A stretch of DNA of 64,000 nucleotides from Methanothrix sp. Its GTDB lineage: Archaea > Halobacteriota > Methanosarcinia > Methanotrichales > Methanotrichaceae. The stretch is from NCBI GenBank assembly GCA_963682135.1, contig OY821645.1:1536001-1600000 (forward strand). The letters run 5' to 3'. The notes beneath the pieces are model-generated. The model made no database searches and was not told where the DNA came from. It saw only the letters and a list, made by a program, of their open reading frames with translations. Below are positions 39,483 to 47,546 of this stretch, in pieces (positions within the stretch are counted from its first letter, which is position 1; each line of letters opens with the position of its first letter). The position numbers were made by a program, and so were the translations under genes.

Positions 39483-39555
39483 AACCATGATCACTCGCAT
39501 TTAGGTGAAGACCAAAACGCCAACCAAATATTGCATCACGATTGCGATCAAGCTT

Positions 39556-39641
39556 CAATAAAAAGCTCAGGCCATCGCTTGTGTTATATCATAATATGAG
39601 AGAAGGTAATCCGGGCCTTACCTTTGGCCCTTGCCATCTGA
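39556..39641 (+). pseudogene. Internally deleted PemK/MazF toxin relic
   Basis: AATAAAAAGCTCAGGCCATCGCTTGTGTTATATCA matches 46212-46246 and is joined directly to a match of 46460-46499. Confidence 0.85.
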
Positions 39642-39869
39642 TCTGCCCGGACGGTGGCCACTGGCGGGCGCTCGGGCCCCGGAGAAGAGGACCCAGCAAA
39701 GATGTCTGGCCTGAGGTCAAGGCCGGGTGCGATGAAAGCGCCCTCTGCTGGGTCTTGCGGCTGCTCGTCCCTACGCTCCCTCGGGATTTCTGGCGGCATC
39801 CGCTCCTGCAGCCGGGTGTCATGCACTTGCGAAGGTTCTGCCCCCCGGAGGCCCGTAAATGGATCTATG
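39641..39869. ncRNA. Candidate structured non-coding element, copy A
   Basis: Diverged duplicate of 46499-46719 with non-triplet indels, an identical 30-nt core at 39715-39744 and compatible stems (folded by eye). Confidence 0.45.
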
Positions 39870-39912
39870 AAGTTCAAATACATTCATGGCGGTTTAACCA
39901 TATCGCAATCAT

Positions 39913-40836
39913 TCACAGGGAGTAGATTCCTGCTCCCAACCACCAGGTATCATCCACCTTCGTGACATAGCTAAGCTTGAATCCTGGCGTCATGTTTCTT
40001 GCGGGATCTGGATAGATATAGTAAGTGAATCCACCTCCGCTTTTGGCCAGAGCTATCATATCTCGATTGAGTTTAACGCCATTAGGATCCTCAATATCAA
40101 TCCTGTTCTTGCCAATTAAGTCTGGCTGAGTAGGAAGCGCCAGGGCGTTACCAGCGAAGTCAAAGGCGAACACATAAAGACTTTCCTTGAAGAACGTACC
40201 ATTCTTGTCATTGAATGCCTTCAATGCCTTATCTTTCCCATTATCTTTGCAATATTTGACTGCCCCCTCGACGAAATTTGTGAGATTATTCCTAGACTCC
40301 GGACTGAAGTTCGCAGACATGTTGGACAGATAGATTCCAGAGGCCAGCCACCAGGTATCATCCACCTTTTCGACGTAAGTCAACTTCAGCTCCTGCTTAT
40401 TATTATGGGCAGGATTGGCAAAAACGTAATAGGCATACCCGTTACCTCTCTTTGCTACAGAAACCAGGTTCTTTTTATATTCAATTCCATTGGCATCCTT
40501 CAGATCCAGAAGGCTCTTGCCGACGAAATCCGGTCGGTAGGGGTTGGCAAGACCGATGGCATTGAAATCTTCGGCAAAAATATAGCGCTCACCCTTAATG
40601 AACTCTGCCGACTTGTTATTATTAAACTCTTTAATGGCAGTCTCCTTTCCATTAGCTTTGGCATAGGCGACAGCATTATCCACAAATGCAATAAGGTCTG
40701 CATGAGATATGTCAGTAGATGCCGCCGATACACTCGCAATTGAGTTGTTATTCCCTGGAGCGGCCTCGGCACAGATGCCGGGAGAAATCACCACTCCCAG
40801 GAAAAATATAATTACAAAGATGTTAAGCAATTTCAT
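39913..40836 (-). CDS. Secreted tandem Cache (sCache_2-like) domain protein
   Basis: Signal peptide; two repeats of FV..AV.Y.K.NGK..A.K.FN...YIFA.DF...LA.P..PD..GK..D..D.NG...KL.YV.KVDDTWWL..GIY; no TM anchor or output domain. Confidence 0.88.
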   Translation of the reverse strand: MKLLNIFVIIFFLGVVISPGICAEAAPGNNNSIASVSAASTDISHADLIAFVDNAVAYAKANGKETAIKEFNNNKSAEFIKGERYIFAEDFNAIGLANPYRPDFVGKSLLDLKDANGIEYKKNLVSVAKRGNGYAYYVFANPAHNNKQELKLTYVEKVDDTWWLASGIYLSNMSANFSPESRNNLTNFVEGAVKYCKDNGKDKALKAFNDKNGTFFKESLYVFAFDFAGNALALPTQPDLIGKNRIDIEDPNGVKLNRDMIALAKSGGGFTYYIYPDPARNMTPGFKLSYVTKVDDTWWLGAGIYSL

Positions 40837-40987
40837 AAAGGTAATGCTTATCTATTAGATATAAATTTTATGATACCGACCAATGCTTTGACGCGACCCC
40901 AGGTTGACGTGAATTTGATCCCAAAATAATTACAGTAATATATTTATAAAACTTTGGCATAAATATGTGATCTGGAACAAATGGAGG

Positions 40988-41311
40988 TCAAAAAATCCTC
41001 TCAGCCAGCCAGAAGAGTATCATCCCGGAAATTACGGTTCCACCAAGCGATTTTGTCTTGAGTGCAATGAGAAACGTGGGAATTGCCACCAGCGATTTGG
41101 TCTGCAGCACATCCAGATGGCGCGGGCTGCCGGAAAGAAAGATCTCCGAGAATACCAGGGCGCTAAGAATCGCCACCGGGATCATGTCCAGCCACTCGAT
41201 GAACCAGCGTGGGAGATCTCTATGGGCCAGAAAGAATAGCGGAAGGTAGCGCGGAATGTAGGTAACCAGCCCCATGCCGACTATCAACAGGAGGTATTCC
41301 GTCTTAAGCAT
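40988..41311 (-). CDS. azlD: AzlD-family membrane protein
   Basis: GMGLVTYIPRYLP...WL..IPVAILSALV; overlaps the azlC stop. Confidence 0.88.
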   Translation of the reverse strand: MLKTEYLLLIVGMGLVTYIPRYLPLFFLAHRDLPRWFIEWLDMIPVAILSALVFSEIFLSGSPRHLDVLQTKSLVAIPTFLIALKTKSLGGTVISGMILFWLAERIF

Positions 41312-42005
41312 GCAATCCTCTATTTCTTTGAGCATACCTCTTAAGCCCAAATCCTGCGGTTGCGCCTAAGAGCGAAGCCATGATAACAAAGCCGTTTCCG
41401 GGAACGATAAGTGAGATGCCGACGGCCGCGGCTCCGGATATGATGGCCGTCAAGAAATAAATCCGTCCTCTGAGCTGAATTGTCAGCAGGCAAAGGAACA
41501 TGGCGCTCAGCGCATAATCAATTCCGTAGCTGCCTGCAAGAATAAACTGCCCGGTATAGCCGCCGAGAATTGTGCTCCCGATCCAGGCGAAATTGGATAA
41601 TTGGTTGACCATCAGGGCCTGGTAGCGATGCCATCCTCCTGCTCTAAATTTGACCAGATTCACTGCGAAGCTCTCGTCAGTGACGCCGTAAGCGAAGACT
41701 GATAGAAATCTTCTGCTCACCCCGTGCAAATAGACTGCCAGGGACGAGCTCATAAGCAGGTGCCTCAGATTCACAACGAATGTCGTCAGAATAATGGATA
41801 AGGGCAGAGCGCCGCTGCTCAGCATGGCCACGGCAATGAACTGAGAGCTTCCGGCATACACCAATATCGACATGAGGGCAATATCGAGTAAATCCAACCC
41901 CGCCTTCTGAGCCAGGACTCCGAAGGCAAAGCCGAGAGGAAGGTAGCCTACGCATATGGGCCATGCGGCTTTTATGCTCTGCAGGGCAAAGCCGAATTGA
42001 TTCAC
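41304..42005 (-). CDS. azlC: AzlC-family branched-chain amino acid exporter
   Basis: PICVGYLPLGFAFG, MS.LVYAGSSQF, VNLRHLL, VTDESFA; GTG start at 42005 preferred. Confidence 0.92.
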   Translation of the reverse strand: MNQFGFALQSIKAAWPICVGYLPLGFAFGVLAQKAGLDLLDIALMSILVYAGSSQFIAVAMLSSGALPLSIILTTFVVNLRHLLMSSSLAVYLHGVSRRFLSVFAYGVTDESFAVNLVKFRAGGWHRYQALMVNQLSNFAWIGSTILGGYTGQFILAGSYGIDYALSAMFLCLLTIQLRGRIYFLTAIISGAAAVGISLIVPGNGFVIMASLLGATAGFGLKRYAQRNRGLHA

Positions 42006-42206
42006 AAAGAGCCTCTTATCCGGGATGAGATATCCTTTTCGTCCCCCGATTGCTCGGGCCCGCGGGGCAGGGACCCGAGAAGATGAATGGGCCAAAGAGG
42101 GAAACGGATTCACTTCCCACCCCCATAAGCTTAACATATAATAAAGAATAATACAGAATATGGAGGGATTAAAATAACTAAGAGCACCAACAAAGCTCTG
42201 CTGATA

Positions 42207-42842
42207 ATGTTATTTACATCGATAATTTTGCCTTTATTCCTGTCTGTTGAAGCCGAACCGGGTATTTGTCCGAATTATTATGGTCCGTATGCGCAAAACC
42301 CCATTGGACAATCGGAGTACTGCGAAATTATGATACTCCCTGGAGTCTATGATATACAGTGGGCTCATGGTCCAGAGAGCAATTGGGATTGGCAGCATTG
42401 GGACCAATTGGATATGACGGAAAATAATAGATATGTGCTGACCTATGACTTCAATGGAAAGCTATCAATTGAAGAATATGAGGATTCGAGCTTAACCGGA
42501 TATACATTGATTTGCGGTAAAAACAATGGACCAGATGAACTCGTTTTCTGCCTTAAGCCTGCATCCCAGGAGGCTAGTAAAACAAAGAATGAATTGGTCA
42601 TGGGCTATGAAATAACAGGATATAAAGTATATTTAGATGGAAATTATGTTGGAACGGATGGAGAAAATGGCGATGCGCTTGATGGTAATTTCAAAGTCCA
42701 TGGTATTCCATGTTTGGGAAATCATTCAATCGTAGTCGATGATGGAGATCTCACTCATACCCTGGATTTTTACTTTGGCTGTGGTGAATCGTATTCAATT
42801 AACGTGGGCGATCCCCTCTTTGTATTGGAGAAATCTCAATGA
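42207..42842 (+). CDS. Secreted hypothetical protein with C-terminal PEGA-like domain
   Basis: Signal peptide; KVYLDGNYVGT..G.H.IVV. Confidence 0.7.
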   Translation: MLFTSIILPLFLSVEAEPGICPNYYGPYAQNPIGQSEYCEIMILPGVYDIQWAHGPESNWDWQHWDQLDMTENNRYVLTYDFNGKLSIEEYEDSSLTGYTLICGKNNGPDELVFCLKPASQEASKTKNELVMGYEITGYKVYLDGNYVGTDGENGDALDGNFKVHGIPCLGNHSIVVDDGDLTHTLDFYFGCGESYSINVGDPLFVLEKSQ

Positions 42843-45127
42843 GAATTGACTTAATAATAGCTATCGTCTTTGTCCTGATCAGTCTCGGAACTTGGTCTGC
42901 TATCGCACAAGATTCATCCAAAGGCGTCTGGGTGCTTACAGAAATAGGCAATTTCGAGGGCAATATCGACCAACCGAATCCGTTATCCACAAGGTATATC
43001 GAGCCATGTGGTACATTACGACCTAATCTAACAGCTTCCGGGACGACAGTTACTGGCAAAAATAGACGTTGTGCGAATTGCGATTGCTCCGAAAAAAGTG
43101 ATTGTGTATATTACCTTTACACTACCAGTAGTTGGACTCCTTTGCCCTCCAGATTAAAACCTGGGGACCAGCTCAAAATAACATTGACTTCAGAAGTACG
43201 TGTCGATAAGGAATGTGGTTTCAATAATGCCTGGTTCGCGGAGGTATCGGCGTCATATTGGACCGAAGATCAATTTCATAATGTCAATTCCAACAGCATT
43301 GGAAGAATCCTTTGCAGATTACCAGGAAGAGTTGGAGAGGGACCTTTTGTATTGTCGAATCAATCCACAGGAGCATTTACATATATGGTGCCTGATGGCC
43401 GCTCGGATGGGCAGAAGCTAGCTCTTATGTTCGAGGGAGCCGACTCTGTTCTCGGAAGGGCTAAAAAGAATTATTGGTATACCTATTCTCAGGGGCAAGA
43501 AGCCTCTGCGCCAGCGTCCAAGCTCCCTGATGAGGTAGATGAAAACCATTCGCCCACAGTGATCCTCTCCTATTCCCCCAGCAATCCCACGGAACGGGAT
43601 TTAATAGAGTTCACTGCCGAGGCTAGCGATCCGGATGGTGATGAACTGACCGATAGCTGGTTCATTGACGATGAAGAGCAAGCAGATACTGGTTCGACCA
43701 TGAGCACAACTCTTTCTCCTGGCGATCACACAGTCATTGTGAAGGTATCCGATGGAAAAGGAGGTACCGATGAAGACCACTTACATCTGACGGTGACCCT
43801 CTCATCGGGCATCACCGGCAATGTCATCGAGGCAGTTTTATTGCTGCCCATAACTGATGCGACAGTGACTGTGGAAAACTCCGAGGGAAACATCATACGC
43901 CGGGTATCCGTAGATGGGGACGGGAAATACTCCGTCCTTCTGCCGCCTGGCACCTACCGGGTCTGGGCCTCTGCGCCGGGCTATCTGCCTTCCACGGGGA
44001 TGTCCGGGGAGCATGTGGAGGTTGAACCGGGGATACTTGAAGAGGATGTCAACTTCCGATTGGTGATGGAGCCTACCAATGGAGGAAAAACCTCCGGTGC
44101 AGAACCTATTTTGAGCGGTGGAGCAAGCGGGTCGGAGTTTGGCACAAAGAGCTTCGAATTTGCTGCCTGGGGAACGTACAGGTTTGCAGATATCTCTGGC
44201 AAGAGGTATTTCGCAGCATATCTGGTGAATACCACTCAAGAAATGTTGGATGCAGGCGAATCTGCGCCTTATCTCTGGCTAAAATCCGACAATTGGGATC
44301 TGCTGAAAAATGGGCAGCTCAGCGAGGTTCTGATCGATAATCGCAAAGAAGTGGTCATAACATCCAATAATCCTCTCAAACTGAAAGATGGCTATGAACT
44401 GGCCATTAAGTCCATCGACATCGAGGGAATAAAAGTCTACCTCGAATTGTCCAAGGACGATGCTGTAGTAGACAGCAAGGTCATATCGCCGTTAGAGGCA
44501 GGAGCTACCATGGCTGACAGGACCTACTACTACAAGTCGGATGTAGGGCGGGCAAAGAAAATGGTGCAGATAGCTGTTTACTTCAAGAACACCTTTAAGG
44601 GTATCGATCAGGACCTAGCCAACATCGGAGGAGTGTTCCAGATATCCGAATCGCCTCTGGATAGTGCAACTACGCAAACGGGAGCAGCCAGCATCTCAGG
44701 TCCTAATACAGCAATTGACTGGGTCAGCAAAGGCAATGCTTTCAGGAAACAGGGCAAGCACGACGAGGCCATCAAGGCTTATGATGAAGCCATCAGGTTA
44801 GATCCCAATGACGCAGATGCCTGGTACAACAAAGGCGAGGCTCTCAATTACATGGGCGAAAGCAAGTACGACGAGGCCATCAAAGCTTATGATGAAGCCA
44901 TAAGGCTCGATCCACAGTTAGCTGAAGCTTGGTTTTGGAAAGGCAATCTTCTCAATGCCCAGGGCAAGCACGACGAGGCTCTCGAGGCTTATGATGAAGC
45001 CATAAGGCTCGATCCCAATGACGCAGATGCCTGGGTCGGCAAAGGCGTTGCCCTCAACGCAGTTGGAGATAATACCGAAGCAGAGAACGCCTTCGCCAAG
45101 GCTTTAGAGCTGGGGTATACTGGCTGA
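42839..45127 (+). CDS. Mosaic surface protein: Cys-rich N-terminus, PKD/Ig-like, carboxypeptidase-regulatory-like, S-layer (DUF1608-like) and TPR domains
   Basis: ASDPDGDEL...VSDGKGG; DGDGKYSVLLPPGTYRV.ASAPGY; YFAAY...LSEVLID...LKDGYELAIKSIDIEG.KVYLELSKD..VVDSKVI; TPRs; ends AFAKALELGYTG. Confidence 0.88.
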   Translation: MRIDLIIAIVFVLISLGTWSAIAQDSSKGVWVLTEIGNFEGNIDQPNPLSTRYIEPCGTLRPNLTASGTTVTGKNRRCANCDCSEKSDCVYYLYTTSSWTPLPSRLKPGDQLKITLTSEVRVDKECGFNNAWFAEVSASYWTEDQFHNVNSNSIGRILCRLPGRVGEGPFVLSNQSTGAFTYMVPDGRSDGQKLALMFEGADSVLGRAKKNYWYTYSQGQEASAPASKLPDEVDENHSPTVILSYSPSNPTERDLIEFTAEASDPDGDELTDSWFIDDEEQADTGSTMSTTLSPGDHTVIVKVSDGKGGTDEDHLHLTVTLSSGITGNVIEAVLLLPITDATVTVENSEGNIIRRVSVDGDGKYSVLLPPGTYRVWASAPGYLPSTGMSGEHVEVEPGILEEDVNFRLVMEPTNGGKTSGAEPILSGGASGSEFGTKSFEFAAWGTYRFADISGKRYFAAYLVNTTQEMLDAGESAPYLWLKSDNWDLLKNGQLSEVLIDNRKEVVITSNNPLKLKDGYELAIKSIDIEGIKVYLELSKDDAVVDSKVISPLEAGATMADRTYYYKSDVGRAKKMVQIAVYFKNTFKGIDQDLANIGGVFQISESPLDSATTQTGAASISGPNTAIDWVSKGNAFRKQGKHDEAIKAYDEAIRLDPNDADAWYNKGEALNYMGESKYDEAIKAYDEAIRLDPQLAEAWFWKGNLLNAQGKHDEALEAYDEAIRLDPNDADAWVGKGVALNAVGDNTEAENAFAKALELGYTG

Positions 45128-45443
45128 TCCAGGCTCTGTGTGTAACCTGTATTCTCTCTCTTTCTTTTTCGATATGTATTAACCCACAGAATATTATTAT
45201 AATGAGGCGTCCGATCTCAAACCCTCTTCTGATGGTGCGCCCCAGTTTATAGATACAGCGGTTTTCTATTCCCAATGATGGCGAAAATCCGGAATCACAA
45301 TCGTCGAAGATCCATTCCATAGGGTAATGGGATTAGGCAGTTAGACCAAAGCCAAATTTTAGCCGATTAGTTGGGTTTGTATGCGCCGCTATGAACAACA
45401 TGCATGTTCTGGGCGTGCGCCCTCAATTAGTTCTCTTCTCCTC

Positions 45444-45977
45444 ATATCCTGCAAACTTCGTTCCTTCTCGTGAACCGTGATCACTCGCGAAGCCTTGACT
45501 GGCGCGAAGAGCCTTTGATATCTTCTTGTGCCCAAAATACCTCTCATGCGTAAGGAGTTTCGTAGCCTCATCTCGCTGGAAGAAGCCCTATCGATAGTTC
45601 AAAGCCGCCTTCCCCTGACTAGCGTTGAGACCGTCCCGCTGCCGCTGGCCCAGGGCCGCATCCTGGCCGAGAAGATCGTCTCCTCTCTGGATGTGCCGGG
45701 ATTTGCTCGCGCCTCCATGGACGGCTTTGCCGTGCAGGCGGAAGACACCCTGGAGGCCAGGGAAGACCGGCCCGTCTGCCTGCGCCTGGCCGGCAGCGTG
45801 CCCATGGGCGCGCTCCCCCACGTGCGCGTGGCCCAGGGCGAGGCGGCGGAGGTCGCGATAAAAGGACAGGCACGACCCGGCAATTGCGCCCCGAATTGTG
45901 CCCGTGGGCGAGGTATGGTGGCCCTGGTGCTGGCCGATCACCTGCTGCGCCATAGAGCGGCAAGAATGCAAATTTAA
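45444..45977 (+). pseudogene. moeA-5'::aroC-3' chimera including the moeA upstream region (ORF 45528-45977)
   Basis: 45444-45851 is homologous to 47463-47861; 45831-45960 is homologous to aroC 27712-27840; joined at GCCCAGGGCGAGGCGGCGGAG. Confidence 0.93.
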
Positions 45978-46003
45978 ATAGAATAAGCTATGAGATAATA
46001 TCC

Positions 46004-46156
46004 ATGTGTGAGATCTTGGAGCGTAAAGATCGAAAGCTGAGCCGTCTCTATGAGTCTGACGCAGACAAGACCGACGAGGAGATTGTCGAGGGCCTGATGG
46101 AGATAACTGCCCTTTCTCTTGCAGATTTGCTAGCAGATGAGCCCGCCTATGAATGA
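46004..46156 (+). CDS. Putative antitoxin (50 aa, acidic)
   Basis: Manual translation MCEILERK...SLADLLADEPAYE; overlaps the toxin start. Confidence 0.6.
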   Translation: MCEILERKDRKLSRLYESDADKTDEEIVEGLMEITALSLADLLADEPAYE

Positions 46157-46499
46157 GGAACTGAAAAAAGGCGACATCATCTTAGCACCTCTTTCTTATT
46201 CCGATTTGGTCAATAAAAAGCTCAGACCATCGCTTGTGTTATATCATGATATGAGCGTAATGCAACTCACAGTCGCATACATATCAAGCAAGGTTCCCGC
46301 CGAAGCAGGACCTTATGACATTGTTATTCCCACAGGCACACCCATGGGCACCAAGGCAGGTCTGATCTACCCTTCTGTGGTTAAGGTCTGTTGGATCGCG
46401 ATGGTTAAGAGAATCCTGGTAAAAAGAAAGTTAGGCGAAGCCGATGAAGATCTCAGAGCAAAGGTAAACTGGGTCTTACCTCCTGCCCTTGTCATCTGA
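46149..46499 (+). CDS. PemK/MazF-family toxin
   Basis: KGDIILAPLSYSDLVNKKLRPSLVL...VAYISS...GL.YPSVVK. Confidence 0.88.
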   Translation: MNEELKKGDIILAPLSYSDLVNKKLRPSLVLYHDMSVMQLTVAYISSKVPAEAGPYDIVIPTGTPMGTKAGLIYPSVVKVCWIAMVKRILVKRKLGEADEDLRAKVNWVLPPALVI

Positions 46500-46719
46500 T
46501 CTGCCCGGACGGTGGCGGGCCGTTGGGCCTCGCAGGGCATGGGACCTGGCGAAGATGCACGGGTCTGGGGTCAAGGCCGGGTGCGATGAAAGCGCCCTGG
46601 GGGATCTTGCGCCGTCTCGTCCCAACGACCTATCAGGATTGCGGGCAGCATCGGCGAGCGCCGCCGGGTGGTTCGCTCTTGGGGAAGGACGGCCCCCCCC
46701 GGAGGCTTGGATATCTATG
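46499..46719. ncRNA. Candidate structured non-coding element, copy B
   Basis: See copy A; identical core GGTCAAGGCCGGGTGCGATGAAAGCGCCCT at 46569-46598. Confidence 0.45.
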
Positions 46720-46785
46720 TCTGACCGCCAGCATTGTGTAGTCGGAAATTGTTCACCTCGTCTGCGAGGGGCTGGCTTACATGTT

Positions 46786-47421
46786 TCAGATTTTTGTATT
46801 ATCAATCTTTGCAATAAAATTACCAATTGATTCAAGATCCTTTTTGGATAGATTACTTACCGGCCTTAAATTTACAACATAATTAAATAATTTATCTGCC
46901 TTTAAAATTTTGACACTCGGTTCGTTAAGTTCAAGATGTAATCCTGGCTTTGTAAAGACAACCAATCCTTCTACCCATACACTGAAAGTATCATGGAACA
47001 CCTCTGATTTTATTAGCTTGCTTAAATTAACGGCATTCTTCTTAACTTGCTTGCTAGGGCTATCTGTCTCATAATCCTTGTGGAAAAAAAGGCCCTTTTG
47101 CTTCCTTTGAACCCATTCATCGCCGTGACATATTATCGTTCCAGCCCAATGCTTGGTTTCTATGGCGAAGATGCCTTTTGGAGTGAGCAGAACGTGGTCT
47201 ATATTGCCCCATGAAGATGGCAGAATAACGTCATTAACCAAATAATTGGAATCGTTAAGGCTTTTGAGCGTATTGATGACGATGTCTTCGCCAAGTCTAC
47301 CTTTGTTGTGATCCCTAGCTCTCTTTGAGAAAAAACGTATAATTCTTCCGACCCAGCCGTCGCCCCCAGATTTTTTATCTAGGTAATCACCTCGCTTTTT
47401 GAGTATTATCATGACAATCAA
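46786..47421 (-). CDS. NERD-domain (nuclease-related) protein
   Basis: GRLGED.V...ND...GNIDHVLL...GIFAIETKHW...SP.KQ. Confidence 0.88.
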   Translation of the reverse strand: MIVMIILKKRGDYLDKKSGGDGWVGRIIRFFSKRARDHNKGRLGEDIVINTLKSLNDSNYLVNDVILPSSWGNIDHVLLTPKGIFAIETKHWAGTIICHGDEWVQRKQKGLFFHKDYETDSPSKQVKKNAVNLSKLIKSEVFHDTFSVWVEGLVVFTKPGLHLELNEPSVKILKADKLFNYVVNLRPVSNLSKKDLESIGNFIAKIDNTKI

Positions 47422-47546
47422 TTCGGTCTTAGTTCCCGTTAATCTATATAGAATCTATACTAATATCCTGCAAACTTCGCGCCTTTCCGTGACCCGACCC
47501 CGTTGATGAATCTGCGAAGAGCCTTTTATATCTACTCGCGCCCAAA

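Noticed and set aside
39715-39760. Core GCCGGGTGCGATGAAAG resembles the 5' half of group II intron domain V
   Set aside because: The triad reads GGC, the complementary 3' strand and bulge are not well formed in either copy, and no domain VI or reverse transcriptase is present. Kept only as an alternative to test with Rfam.
39542-39965. Overlapping short ORFs across the GC-rich element (also 46476-46835)
   Set aside because: Reading frames are not conserved between the two copies because of non-triplet indels.
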